A stretch of 64,000 bases of DNA from Fimbriiglobus sp. Lineage in GTDB: Bacteria; Planctomycetota; Planctomycetia; Gemmatales; Gemmataceae. A program made the position numbers and the translations under genes. The stretch spans positions 11 to 64,010 of the forward strand of contig JALOQR010000001.1 in NCBI GenBank assembly GCA_025459365.1. Direction: 5' to 3'. Below, piece by piece: positions 45,678 to 55,200 of this stretch; the first letter of the stretch is position 1, and every line of letters starts with the position of its first letter. The notes under the pieces are model-generated. The model saw only the letters and a program-made list of their open reading frames with translations, did no database searches and was not told where the DNA came from.

Positions 45678-48600
45678 TCACTTCACCCACGGTTGCTGCG
45701 GAGCGGCCGGCGGCGGCTGTTGCGGCTGTTGCGGTGGCAACACCGGCTGTTGCTGCTGGAAGGCGGCCGGGTTGACTGGCGCCGTCGGCTGGGCCGGGGT
45801 GGTCGCCGGCACGCCCGGCACGTTCGCCGGCGGTTGGTACTGCTGCGGAGCCGGTGCCGGAGCCGGAGTCGCCGATGCCGACCCGTTGCCGAATGCCGGC
45901 GGCGGGGCGTACAGGTCCGGTGCCGGGCCGACCACGCCGCCAGGTCCGGCGGGCCAACCGGTCGTCGGTGGGTAGAGCGGCTGAACCGGGTTGCTCGGCG
46001 GGAGCACGGTGGTGGCTGGGTTGCTGAACGGAGCGGCGAACCCACTGCGACTGATCGGCAGGTAGTTCGGAGCCGGGCCGACGATGTTGTCGACGTTGCA
46101 GTACGGGTCGCCGAGTTTGCCGCGGAGGACGTCCGGGTTCACCCCGCTCACGTTGGCCGCTTCCTTGATGGCCCAGCTCATCTTGCGGGCTTCGTCGGCG
46201 AAGATCCGCCGCATGTCGGCCGGCGTCCGCATGACCCGCGGGGTCATGATGAAGATGACCTCCCGCCGCTGTTGCTGCTGGGTGCGGTAGCGGAACGCCG
46301 CCCCTACCCACGGCAGGTCGCCAAGTACGGGGATCTTGTTCTCGGCCTTCTGATCGCTCCTGCGAATGAGTCCGCCGAGCACCACCGTTTCGCCGTCGGC
46401 CGCCAGCACCGTCGTCTCCACCGTCTGGGTGTTGATGGCCGAGGCGAACACCCCAGGGGCAACGGCGACGTTGGTCGGAGCGGCGTCGGACACCTGCGGC
46501 TCGACCCGCATGAGCACCGAGTTATCCGGCCCAATCCGCGGGGTCACCCGTAGCACGATGCCGATGTCGGCGTACTCGATGCTCTGCTGCACTACACCGA
46601 GGGTGGCGTTGGTGCCGGTGATGAGTGGGAAGCGCTGACCGACCTGGAAGAACCCGGTCTGGTTGTCGGTGAGCATCAAGCTGGGGCGGGAGAGCACATC
46701 CACCCGGCCCTGGGCCTTGAGCGCCCGAATGAGCAGGCTGAACGAGTCGGACGCGGCCGACAGCACCAGCCCGCCCACCCCCGCACCGAGCGTGCTGGCC
46801 CGCCCCACCCCGAGGTTGCCCAGCCCCTGGAACCCGACGAGCCCGGGGGTGACGTTCGTCCCCAGCGGTGGCGTGGCGGTGGTGTTGAAGTTGTATCCCG
46901 GCGTGCCCGACGTGGTGCCAGTCGCCCCGCCGCGGCGGAACAGCACGTCCGACTGCAAGCCGACCTCCACCCCGAACTCCTGCCCGTTCGTCAGGTTCAC
47001 CTCGGCGATGAGCACGTCCACATACACCTGCGGTGGGGCGGCATCGACCGCCTGCAGCAGCCGCAGAATTTCCGGCATCATCTGCGGGGTGGCCGAGATG
47101 AGCAACTGGTTGGTGATCGGTTCCGGGGTGATCTGCACCTGCCGCAGGGCGAGAGGTACGGCCGCGCCCGGCTGGGAGGCCGTGAGCACCCCCGTCACCT
47201 GAGTGTTGATGAACGTCTGGAGGGCGTTGGCCACGTCGGCGGCCGCCGCGTTACGGAGTTTCACCACTTCGGTGGCGTACTGCTGGGTATTCGCCTCTTC
47301 CAACTTGGTGACGATCGCCCGCACCAGGTCGAGGTCGTTCTGACTACCCGCGACGATGACCGAGTTCGTCCGCTGGTCGGCGGTCACTCGCAGGTTGATG
47401 AGCTGCGCCCCGTCGGACGGGTTGCCGCTGAGCGTGAGCAGTGGGCGGGCGGCGGTGGTCGCCGTGCCCGTGCCTAGCCCACCGAGGCCGCCCAGCCCGC
47501 CGAGGCCACCCCCACCGAGGCCGCCGACCCCGGCGTTCGAGGCGAACAGTTGCAGCACCAGGTTCTGCACCAGCACCGCGTCGGCCTTCCGAAGCTGGAA
47601 CACCTGCACATAGCTCTTGGCCGCCGCCACGCCGTCCAACTCGTTGACGAGCGCCTCCACTAGCCCCATCGTCCGTTCGGGTGCGGTGATGATGAGGGCG
47701 TTGATCCGCGGGTCGGACGTGATGTGGACGTCTTCCAGCAGGCCAGACTCGAACACACCCTTGGCGGTGTTGAACTTCAACGCGGTCGTCTTGGTGGTGA
47801 CGCCGGCCGTGCGAGTGAGGGTGTTCAGCCCCCCCGCCCCGCCGAGGCCGCCGGCCCCACCGAAACCACCGGCCCCACCGAAACCGCCGGCTCCACCGAA
47901 CTGTCCGCCACCGCCGGTGCCGAACTGTCCGCCGCCGAGTTGCCCACCGAGGCCACCCGCGCCGATGCTCCCACTCTGAGTGTTGCTCAGGCCCTGCACG
48001 AAGATGTTCGATGTGATCGTCTGGTTGATCACCTGCGCCAGGTCGTCGGAGAAGGCGTTGCGGAGCTTGAACACCTTCACCGTGTTCACCGGCCCTTGCC
48101 CGCCCACGTCGGCGTCGAGCAGTTTGATCAGCCGGGCGATATCGGCCTGGTCGGCCGGGCTGGCCTGCACCAGCACGGCGTTGTTCGACGAGTCGGCCGT
48201 CACCCGGATCTTATCCGAGGTGTCGCCGGGGAAACGGTCGCGGAACAGGTTCAGGATCTGCTGCTGCACGATGCTGGCCGAGGCGTACTTCAGCACGTAC
48301 TGAACGGGCTGGAGAGCTTCCGCCGTACCCAGATCGAACCGCGTGATCTGTTCCTTGACGAAGGCGAGGCTCGACTGTGGCACCGCCAGCAGGATCGAGT
48401 TGAGCCGCGGCAGGGGGTACAGGATGATGTTTCCGATCGTCCCGCCCTGGCCCGCGAACCCGCCGCCACCACCGAACCCACCACCACCGAACCCACCGCC
48501 ACCAAACCCACCCGGCCGTTGTTGGGCCTGCGGGAAGGTGAACGATCCCGGACCCACCTGCAACCGCGAGTAGAGCAGTTGCAGTTCCGCCACCACCACG

Positions 48601-51600
48601 CCCGCGTCCGCCTTGGTCAGCGGTACGATCTCCACCGCCACCTGGATGTCCTTACCGAGGGTGCGTGAGATGATGTTGATGAGGGTCTTGAGCGCTTCCA
48701 GATCCTCTTTCGTCTTCACCCGCAGAGTGAGGGTGCCAAGGGCATCGTTGGCGATGACCGTGGCGTCGTCCGGCGGTTTCTGGAACTGCAGGACCGACGT
48801 ACCGGGCTGCCCTGGGGCCGGCGGGGTTCCCGTTCCGGGCTGAGCCGGTGTGGTCGGCGGCTGCACGGCCTGGACCTGCACGACCGTCGGCGGCAGTGCG
48901 GCCGGCGGGGTGTTGAAGTCCATCCGCGAGAAGGTCACCGTGGTCGGCGGGGTGAATGCCCGTTGCGGGACATTGCTGACCCGCGGGCCAGTGGTGCTGA
49001 TCGGGTAATCATACCCCGGCAGGAGATCGACCTCGGGGTCGAACAGCAGGGGGGCCGAAGGGGCATCCATGCCCAGGTAGTCAAAAGGGCGCTGCCCTCC
49101 TCCGCCGTCTGGGTATATGGCGCTGATGCTCTGGTCGCTCCGCTGGTTACGGCCACCGCCGCGGGTGCCACCGCCGCCCATGCCGCCACCGCGGGTGCCG
49201 CCACCACCCATGCCGCCGCCGCGGGTGCCACCACCACCCATGCCGCCACCGCCGAACCCACGGCCGCCGCCTGGAGCGATCCCGCCGCCGCCCATGCCGC
49301 CGCCGCCGAACCCGCCCATGCCACCGCCGCCGAGCCCACCGGGGAAGCCGGTGCCCCCGCCCAAACCACCGCGGGTGCCGCCGAATCCACCCTGCCCGCC
49401 CATGCCGCCGAACCCACCCATGCCACCCTGGCCGAACCCACCGCCGAGGGTGGTGGTGGTCGGTGCCTTGCCCTGGATGGCCTCGATGAGTTGCTGCACC
49501 TGGCTCGGGGCGATGCCCGTCACCTGGATCACTTCCGTGATCATTTCGCTGGCTTTGGTGTCCTTATCCAGGTCTTCGCACAGTTGCCGGATGTCCTGGT
49601 ACAGCGCCTCGTTGCAGTCGACGATCACCTGGTTGGTGGGGATGTCGTAATCGACGTTCAACGCCGACGGGGTGCTGGCCTGGGGTTGCTGCGGCACGAA
49701 CGGGTTGAACGGCTGAGCGCCGCCGCCGCCCCCGCGACGGCCACCGGTCATGTAGTTGGCGTACACGTTCCGGATGGTCACCACCATGTCCGACGCTTTC
49801 GCGTGCTGGAGGGGAATTCGCCACCGCTGCGACACCCCGCCTTCGGCCTCCCCGCTGTCGATGGCCTTCTTCAGCAGGTCCTTGATGGTCAGCACGTCGA
49901 TCTCGCTGGCCTTCACGATGATCAGCGAGTTGCTGCTCTTTTCGGCGACCACCTTCACCCGCCCGGCTTTCGGGTCGGTCGGTGCCGCCGAGCTGTTCAG
50001 CCCGAGGAGCGATAGCGGGTTGAGCATCGCCCCGAGGCCGCCCCCACGGCCACCGCCACCGCCGCCACCGCCTTGCTGCGGCTGGGCCGGGGCGTTGAAC
50101 ACGTCGTTAATCACCTTGGCCGCTTCTTCCGCCGAGATGTTCTTCAGCCGGATCACCTCGAACCGCTCGGTCGCCTTGTCTCCGCGGGTGTACAGCGACA
50201 TCAGTTCGTAGGCGAGCTGTACGTCCTTCGGGTTGTCGCCGGTGATGACTAGCTTGTTCCCGATGACCGTGATGGTCACGTCGGCCGGCTTGGCCGGATC
50301 GACGAGTTGCGCCCGGACCTGTCGGATGTTCCCCGGCATTTCAGCGCTCATCCGGCTACCAGACGGCGGCGGGCCGCCGGGAGTGCCCCTCGGCTCTTCC
50401 TTCTTCGGCTTGGGCGGCGGGGCGTTCGGGTTCACCACGTCGAACTTCTTGCCCATCTTCGCGGCCATCTCGGCGATGGCCTCCGCCAGCGCTGCCGAGT
50501 TCCCCTGGTTGATGGTCAGGGTGCGGAGTTTCTCGGTGCCCAGGGCGGTGCCGGGGGTCGCCCCGTCGAGCGCCTTCACCAGTTCGACCGCCGCCGCCAC
50601 CTGTTCGGTCGTACCGCGGACCACCAGCCCCGGTTCGCCGTCCACCTTCGGGTCGGCCGTCAAGCCAGCGCCGATGTTCTTCACGATCGTGGCAGCCAGG
50701 GCGGTGAGTGCATCCCCGCTCACGTTCGTGGCGAGGACCCGCGTTTCCAGGGTGCTCTTCGTCTCCGGCGTCTTCAGGAACTTGCTGATCTCGACGTGGT
50801 CCGCGGTGTAGGCGTACACCATGACCTGATCCGTACCCTTGGCCATGGCCGACACGTTCGACCCGAGGTACTCCGGCTTGGCCAGCAGTTGCTTCGCCAA
50901 TGCTTCGGCGGTGCCGCTCACCACCGGGTACGAGTTCCACATCAGTTCGCCAGGGGCGGGGCGGGGCCTGTCGCCTTTGTCGATGTCCTTGAGCAGGTCT
51001 TTGCTGGCGAGGATCTTGTCGGCCGGGCCGGTGATGAACAGCGAGTTCTGCCCGTCGTCGACGGCGATGTTGACGGCCCGGAACCGTTTGGTGTCGGCGG
51101 GTCGTGGGGCACGGGGATCTTGCGGGGGCTGTTGCCCCCACCCGCCGCCACCCCAACCGCCCCCCCAACCGCCGGGCGGGGCCGTTGCGGCGCTGCCGGT
51201 GTTGACGTCGGTGTTTCCGTCCTTGAGCAGGCTACGCAACTGGCTGGCCACGTCGCTGGCCCGCTTGAACTGGCACTTGTAGGAGAGCTGGTCGTTCTTG
51301 TTCTTGACGATCTGGTCGATCACGTGCAGCACCGACCGCACGTTGTCGGCCTTGTCGATGAGCAGCAGTTGATCGGTGCCGAAGGTGTTCACCTGACCGA
51401 ACGGCGACAGGCTTTTCTTCACCTGCGGGAGCACTTCTTCCGCGTTCAGCGTCACGAGCGGAACGTACACCTGCACCACTTCCGTCTTGCCACGGGAGGG
51501 GAGGTCTTCGAGCCGCACGTTCGGCACGTGGATGCGGGGAATCGGCTCGCTCGCCGGTACGGTGGCGAACGATTCCGTCTTCCGGAGGATGACGTAGTTA

Positions 51601-51974
51601 TCCTTTTCCAGCACTTCGTTCAGCAGGTCGATGAGCTGGCCGAGGGTGTACTTCTTGTTCGGCCGCAGCGTGATGGTGCCGGTGGGGGTGTCCTTGCTCA
51701 GGTAGAGCAGGCCACTCTCTTTCTCCAGCCACTCGAACACCTGCTTCCATTCCGTCTTGTCGAACTTGGCTTCGTACAGCTTCTCGCCCGGCTTGGGAGC
51801 ATCCGTCTTGGGGCCGTCGGCCTTGACCACCGGCGGGGTGGTCGGCGGCGGAACGGCGGGCGTTTGTGCGGTGACCGACCCACCGAGGCCAGCGGCCAGC
51901 ACCGCCGGCAGCCACCGACGGAGAGTCCGCCACGACTTGTGCGTGCGAACAGAATCCGTGTGTTGCGGAGCCAT
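45678..51974 (-). CDS. Giant secretin-family outer-membrane channel protein (2098 aa) with about 12-13 Secretin_N-like modules and glycine-rich inserts
   Basis: Signal peptide. C-terminal secretin domain (VLSRPSLMLTDNQTGFFQVGQRFP...VETTVLAADGETVVLGGLI...IPVLGDLPWVGAAFRY). Many upstream modules of type V..L..A.A..V...L..LF....[V/I]TAD.RTN.[V/L]IV.[A/G]......[I/L]..L[I/V]..LD. Confidence 0.9.
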   Translation of the reverse strand: MAPQHTDSVRTHKSWRTLRRWLPAVLAAGLGGSVTAQTPAVPPPTTPPVVKADGPKTDAPKPGEKLYEAKFDKTEWKQVFEWLEKESGLLYLSKDTPTGTITLRPNKKYTLGQLIDLLNEVLEKDNYVILRKTESFATVPASEPIPRIHVPNVRLEDLPSRGKTEVVQVYVPLVTLNAEEVLPQVKKSLSPFGQVNTFGTDQLLLIDKADNVRSVLHVIDQIVKNKNDQLSYKCQFKRASDVASQLRSLLKDGNTDVNTGSAATAPPGGWGGGWGGGGWGQQPPQDPRAPRPADTKRFRAVNIAVDDGQNSLFITGPADKILASKDLLKDIDKGDRPRPAPGELMWNSYPVVSGTAEALAKQLLAKPEYLGSNVSAMAKGTDQVMVYAYTADHVEISKFLKTPETKSTLETRVLATNVSGDALTALAATIVKNIGAGLTADPKVDGEPGLVVRGTTEQVAAAVELVKALDGATPGTALGTEKLRTLTINQGNSAALAEAIAEMAAKMGKKFDVVNPNAPPPKPKKEEPRGTPGGPPPSGSRMSAEMPGNIRQVRAQLVDPAKPADVTITVIGNKLVITGDNPKDVQLAYELMSLYTRGDKATERFEVIRLKNISAEEAAKVINDVFNAPAQPQQGGGGGGGGRGGGLGAMLNPLSLLGLNSSAAPTDPKAGRVKVVAEKSSNSLIIVKASEIDVLTIKDLLKKAIDSGEAEGGVSQRWRIPLQHAKASDMVVTIRNVYANYMTGGRRGGGGGAQPFNPFVPQQPQASTPSALNVDYDIPTNQVIVDCNEALYQDIRQLCEDLDKDTKASEMITEVIQVTGIAPSQVQQLIEAIQGKAPTTTTLGGGFGQGGMGGFGGMGGQGGFGGTRGGLGGGTGFPGGLGGGGMGGFGGGGMGGGGIAPGGGRGFGGGGMGGGGTRGGGMGGGGTRGGGMGGGGTRGGGRNQRSDQSISAIYPDGGGGQRPFDYLGMDAPSAPLLFDPEVDLLPGYDYPISTTGPRVSNVPQRAFTPPTTVTFSRMDFNTPPAALPPTVVQVQAVQPPTTPAQPGTGTPPAPGQPGTSVLQFQKPPDDATVIANDALGTLTLRVKTKEDLEALKTLINIISRTLGKDIQVAVEIVPLTKADAGVVVAELQLLYSRLQVGPGSFTFPQAQQRPGGFGGGGFGGGGFGGGGGFAGQGGTIGNIILYPLPRLNSILLAVPQSSLAFVKEQITRFDLGTAEALQPVQYVLKYASASIVQQQILNLFRDRFPGDTSDKIRVTADSSNNAVLVQASPADQADIARLIKLLDADVGGQGPVNTVKVFKLRNAFSDDLAQVINQTITSNIFVQGLSNTQSGSIGAGGLGGQLGGGQFGTGGGGQFGGAGGFGGAGGFGGAGGLGGAGGLNTLTRTAGVTTKTTALKFNTAKGVFESGLLEDVHITSDPRINALIITAPERTMGLVEALVNELDGVAAAKSYVQVFQLRKADAVLVQNLVLQLFASNAGVGGLGGGGLGGLGGLGGLGTGTATTAARPLLTLSGNPSDGAQLINLRVTADQRTNSVIVAGSQNDLDLVRAIVTKLEEANTQQYATEVVKLRNAAAADVANALQTFINTQVTGVLTASQPGAAVPLALRQVQITPEPITNQLLISATPQMMPEILRLLQAVDAAPPQVYVDVLIAEVNLTNGQEFGVEVGLQSDVLFRRGGATGTTSGTPGYNFNTTATPPLGTNVTPGLVGFQGLGNLGVGRASTLGAGVGGLVLSAASDSFSLLIRALKAQGRVDVLSRPSLMLTDNQTGFFQVGQRFPLITGTNATLGVVQQSIEYADIGIVLRVTPRIGPDNSVLMRVEPQVSDAAPTNVAVAPGVFASAINTQTVETTVLAADGETVVLGGLIRRSDQKAENKIPVLGDLPWVGAAFRYRTQQQQRREVIFIMTPRVMRTPADMRRIFADEARKMSWAIKEAANVSGVNPDVLRGKLGDPYCNVDNIVGPAPNYLPISRSGFAAPFSNPATTVLPPSNPVQPLYPPTTGWPAGPGGVVGPAPDLYAPPPAFGNGSASATPAPAPAPQQYQPPANVPGVPATTPAQPTAPVNPAAFQQQQPVLPPQQPQQPPPAAPQQPWVK
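49152..49448 (-). repeat. Coding low-complexity tract: about 100 aa of GGFG/GGMG/GLGG, including three tandem 30-nt units (GMGGGGTRGG)
   Basis: Secretin residues 843-941. The 30-nt units at 49155-49244 each end in cat on the plus strand (Met codon on the minus strand). Confidence 0.9.
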
Positions 51975-52181
51975 ATGTTCCCCCCAGAGCGGACCGCGGT
52001 CGTAGTGAAGGACGCCCCCGGATCGGTTCCCCGATCCACGTCCAACGACCGACGGTTCGTGATGATCCCCGTAGTCGCGGCGTCAATACCAACAGCGTAC
52101 ACCCCACGCAACCGTTCTTGGGGGCCACTTCGCCGGTTTTAATGTCGCCCTCATCCGCCGGGCTTGCCTGGATTGCCGGTA

Positions 52182-52221
52182 CTCACATCACAGGCGTGAA
52201 GCACCACGCCTGTGATGTGAG
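52182..52221 (-). terminator. 17-bp perfect hairpin 34 nt downstream of the histidine kinase stop
   Basis: ctcacatcacaggcgtg / aagcac / cacgcctgtgatgtgag. Lies between the kinase and secretin genes. No U-run. Confidence 0.5.
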
Positions 52222-52254
52222 TGTGTTTTGCGTTCCTCGGTGAAGGTCGTTCCC

Positions 52255-55200
52255 CTACCGCTTCGCCGTGCGGCGGATCAGTTCGAGCAGGGCGTCGAGG
52301 TGGTTTAGGTCGCCCTTCTCCAGAATCCGGGCCACGCGGCCGTTGAGTCGGTCGAAGTCGGCGGAGGTGAGTTCCTTCGCCGTCAGCACCACCACCGGCA
52401 CACGGTGGCCGGGGTACCGCCGGTTCAGCTCGTCCAGGAAGCCGAACCCATCGAGCACCGGCATCATCAGGTCGAGCAGCACCAGGCCCGGCTTGTGTTC
52501 GTCGAAGGCCGCCAGCCCCTGTTCGCCGTTCGTCGCTTCGCGGATCGCCCATCCTTCTTTTTCCAGGTGCCGGCGGATGATCTCGCGGTTCTGCGGATCG
52601 TCGTCGATCACCAGCACGCCATCGGAGCGGCCAACGAGATACCGCCGCAGGATGGCCCCGAGTCGCTGCCAGTCGATCGGCTTGGTGAGGTACTCGGTGG
52701 CCCCGAGGGCGAACCCACGGCCGCGGTCGTCGACGATGGTGAGCATCACCACGGGGATGTCGGCGGTGGCCGGGTCGCCTTTGAGTTGACCGAGGACGGT
52801 CCAGCCGTCGGCACCGGGCATGGTCACATCGAGGGTGATGAGGCACGGCCGTTCATCGCGGGCCAGTTTCAGCCCGTCGTCGCCGGTGCCGGCGAGCAGC
52901 ACGCGGAAGCCTTCCTTACCGAGGAAGCGCTGCATCAGTTCGCGCACCATCGGGTCGTCGTCCACCACGAGCACGGTGCGGCCATCGGCGGGCTGAGGAG
53001 GCGGGGTGTCGGCGGCGGGCAGGGCAGCCGGTGGGGGAGACGGCGGGCGAGTCTGGGCGACGGCCTCCACCACCGCCGGCAGGGTCACGACGAACTCGGT
53101 GCCGACCCCCTCCTGACTGGTGACGCGGATCGGCTGGCCGCCCATGAGGTCGTTGAAGCTCTGGGTAATGGCCAGACCGAGGCCCGTACCGCCAGCCCCG
53201 CGAGTGGTGCCGCTATCGGCCTGGTAGAACCGCTGGAACAGCCGGCCGACTTGCTCGGGAGTCATGCCGCGGCCAGTGTCCGACACGGTGAACCGGACCC
53301 AGTCGCGGCCCGACTCGGTGAACCGCCGCACCCGCAGATCGACCCGCCCGGCCTGGGTGAACTTGAAGGCGTTGGAGAGCAGGTTCAGGAGCATCTGCCG
53401 CACGCGGCGGCCGTCGGCGGTCATCTGACCCAGATCGGGCGGTGCATCAACGACGAACTCGTTGGCGTTCTTCGCCGCCAGCGGGCCGACGAGCGTTTTC
53501 ACGTCGCCCACCAGTTCGACGAGCGGGATCGTCCCGATCGAAAGCTCCATCTTCCCGGCCGAGATTTTGGCCATGTCGAGGATGTCGTTGATCAGGTCGA
53601 GCAGGTGCTTGGCAGCGGACAGAATCTTGTTCAGGTCGGGTTCAATCGCCTCGGCTCCGAGGTCGGCCGCCTCTTCCTTCAGGGCTTCGGTGAACCCGAT
53701 GATGATGTGCAGCGGTTGCCGGAGTTCGTGGCTCATGGTGGCGACGAACGTATCCTTTGCCCGCACCGCCGCTTCGGCCTGCCGCAGGGCCACCTCCAGC
53801 TTGGCGTTCGCCTCTTCCAACTCGGCCGTCCGCTGCTTCACCCGCGTGTCGAGGTCTTCGTTCAACTTGCGGATGCGGTCTTCGGCTTCTCGCCGCTGAG
53901 TGATGTCGCGCAGGACGCACACCATCACGACCCGGTCACGCAGGGGCACCGGCTTCAGGTTCATTTCCAGCCAGAAGTCGGAACCATCGGGCCGCATGCC
54001 CTGCACGGCTTCCAGAGTGCGGCTACCCGATGCCGCGCCGGCCACGGTGTCGCTCTCCTGGGCCGCTGGCAGATCGTTCGGATTTCGCAACAGGCTGGTG
54101 ACGGCCCGCCCGATCAGCCCTTCCGGAGTGGTGCCGAACATCCGCCCGGCGGCCTTGTTCGCCTCTTCGATCACTCCGCCGGAACTGGTGACGAGTACCC
54201 CCTCGCCGGCCGCTCGCAGGATGGTCTCGTAACGGGCGGCGCGATCGCGCAACTGGCGGTCGCGGTCTTGCACGTGGCCGACGAGCGACTGCAGGGTGCG
54301 GGCGAGTTCGCCGACTTCGTAGGGGCCGCCGAGGGGGAGTGGCTTCGGGTTCGGGTCGTCGGTGTCGAGCCGCGACGCCGCCCGTGCCAGCCGGTTGACC
54401 GAGTACGTCAGCGTCATCACCAGAGCGATGCCCAACACTCCCGACACCAACAACCCCGGCACCACCCACCGCAGAAACACATCGTGGAAGCGTTCGTCGA
54501 TGTCCTGGCGGAGTTCTTCGGTCGAAGCCGCCACCGCCAGCCAGCCTGGATCATCGACGTCGTTCAAATCCACCCGCAGTGGGGTGAGTTGCCCCTGGTA
54601 CGTCTGGCACTCCAGTGGGGTCGACCAGCGTACCGCCGCCCGCGGGTCGCCCGTCTCCGCCCGCCACCACGCCCCCACCACTTCGCACGCCGCCTTCAAG
54701 CCATCGGGCGTCGGGTGCGACACCTCGACATACCCAAACGCCGGGCTGGCCTCGCCCACCCGGAGCTTCGGGTCGGCGGCCATTGCCTCCCACATCCGCT
54801 GATTCAGCCGGAGTGCTGCTGCCGCCGCCTTCTCCTCCCCCAGTGCTTCGCGTAGTGTCCGGCTGAAGTAACCCTTTCGATACAGGCAGGCCAACTCCGC
54901 CGCCGGCACCGCCGTCAGGCGGGCACCGCCGGATTGCACCGCCTGCGCCATCCGCCGCCACTTCGCTTCGGGTTCCAGGGTGGTGTCGAACCATCCACGC
55001 CCCTCAAAGGAGGGGTATTTCCACTGCACCACCTCGGGCAGTGTGCGGGCTGGGTCGGCGGCTTTGGTCGGGTGGACCAGCACCCGACCGGCCGGATCGG
55101 TGACGATGTAGTAGTGCCGTGGCGAGATCCGCTGGCGGTTATTCACGTACCGGGTGAAGTCGAGGACCACCGCGACAATGTGATCCCCCCGCCGCTCGGA

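Noticed and set aside
49117-49650. Plus-strand ORF encoding a polyproline protein (PPPMPPPRVPPP...).
   Set aside because: It is simply the reverse complement of the GGN-rich glycine tract of the secretin gene.
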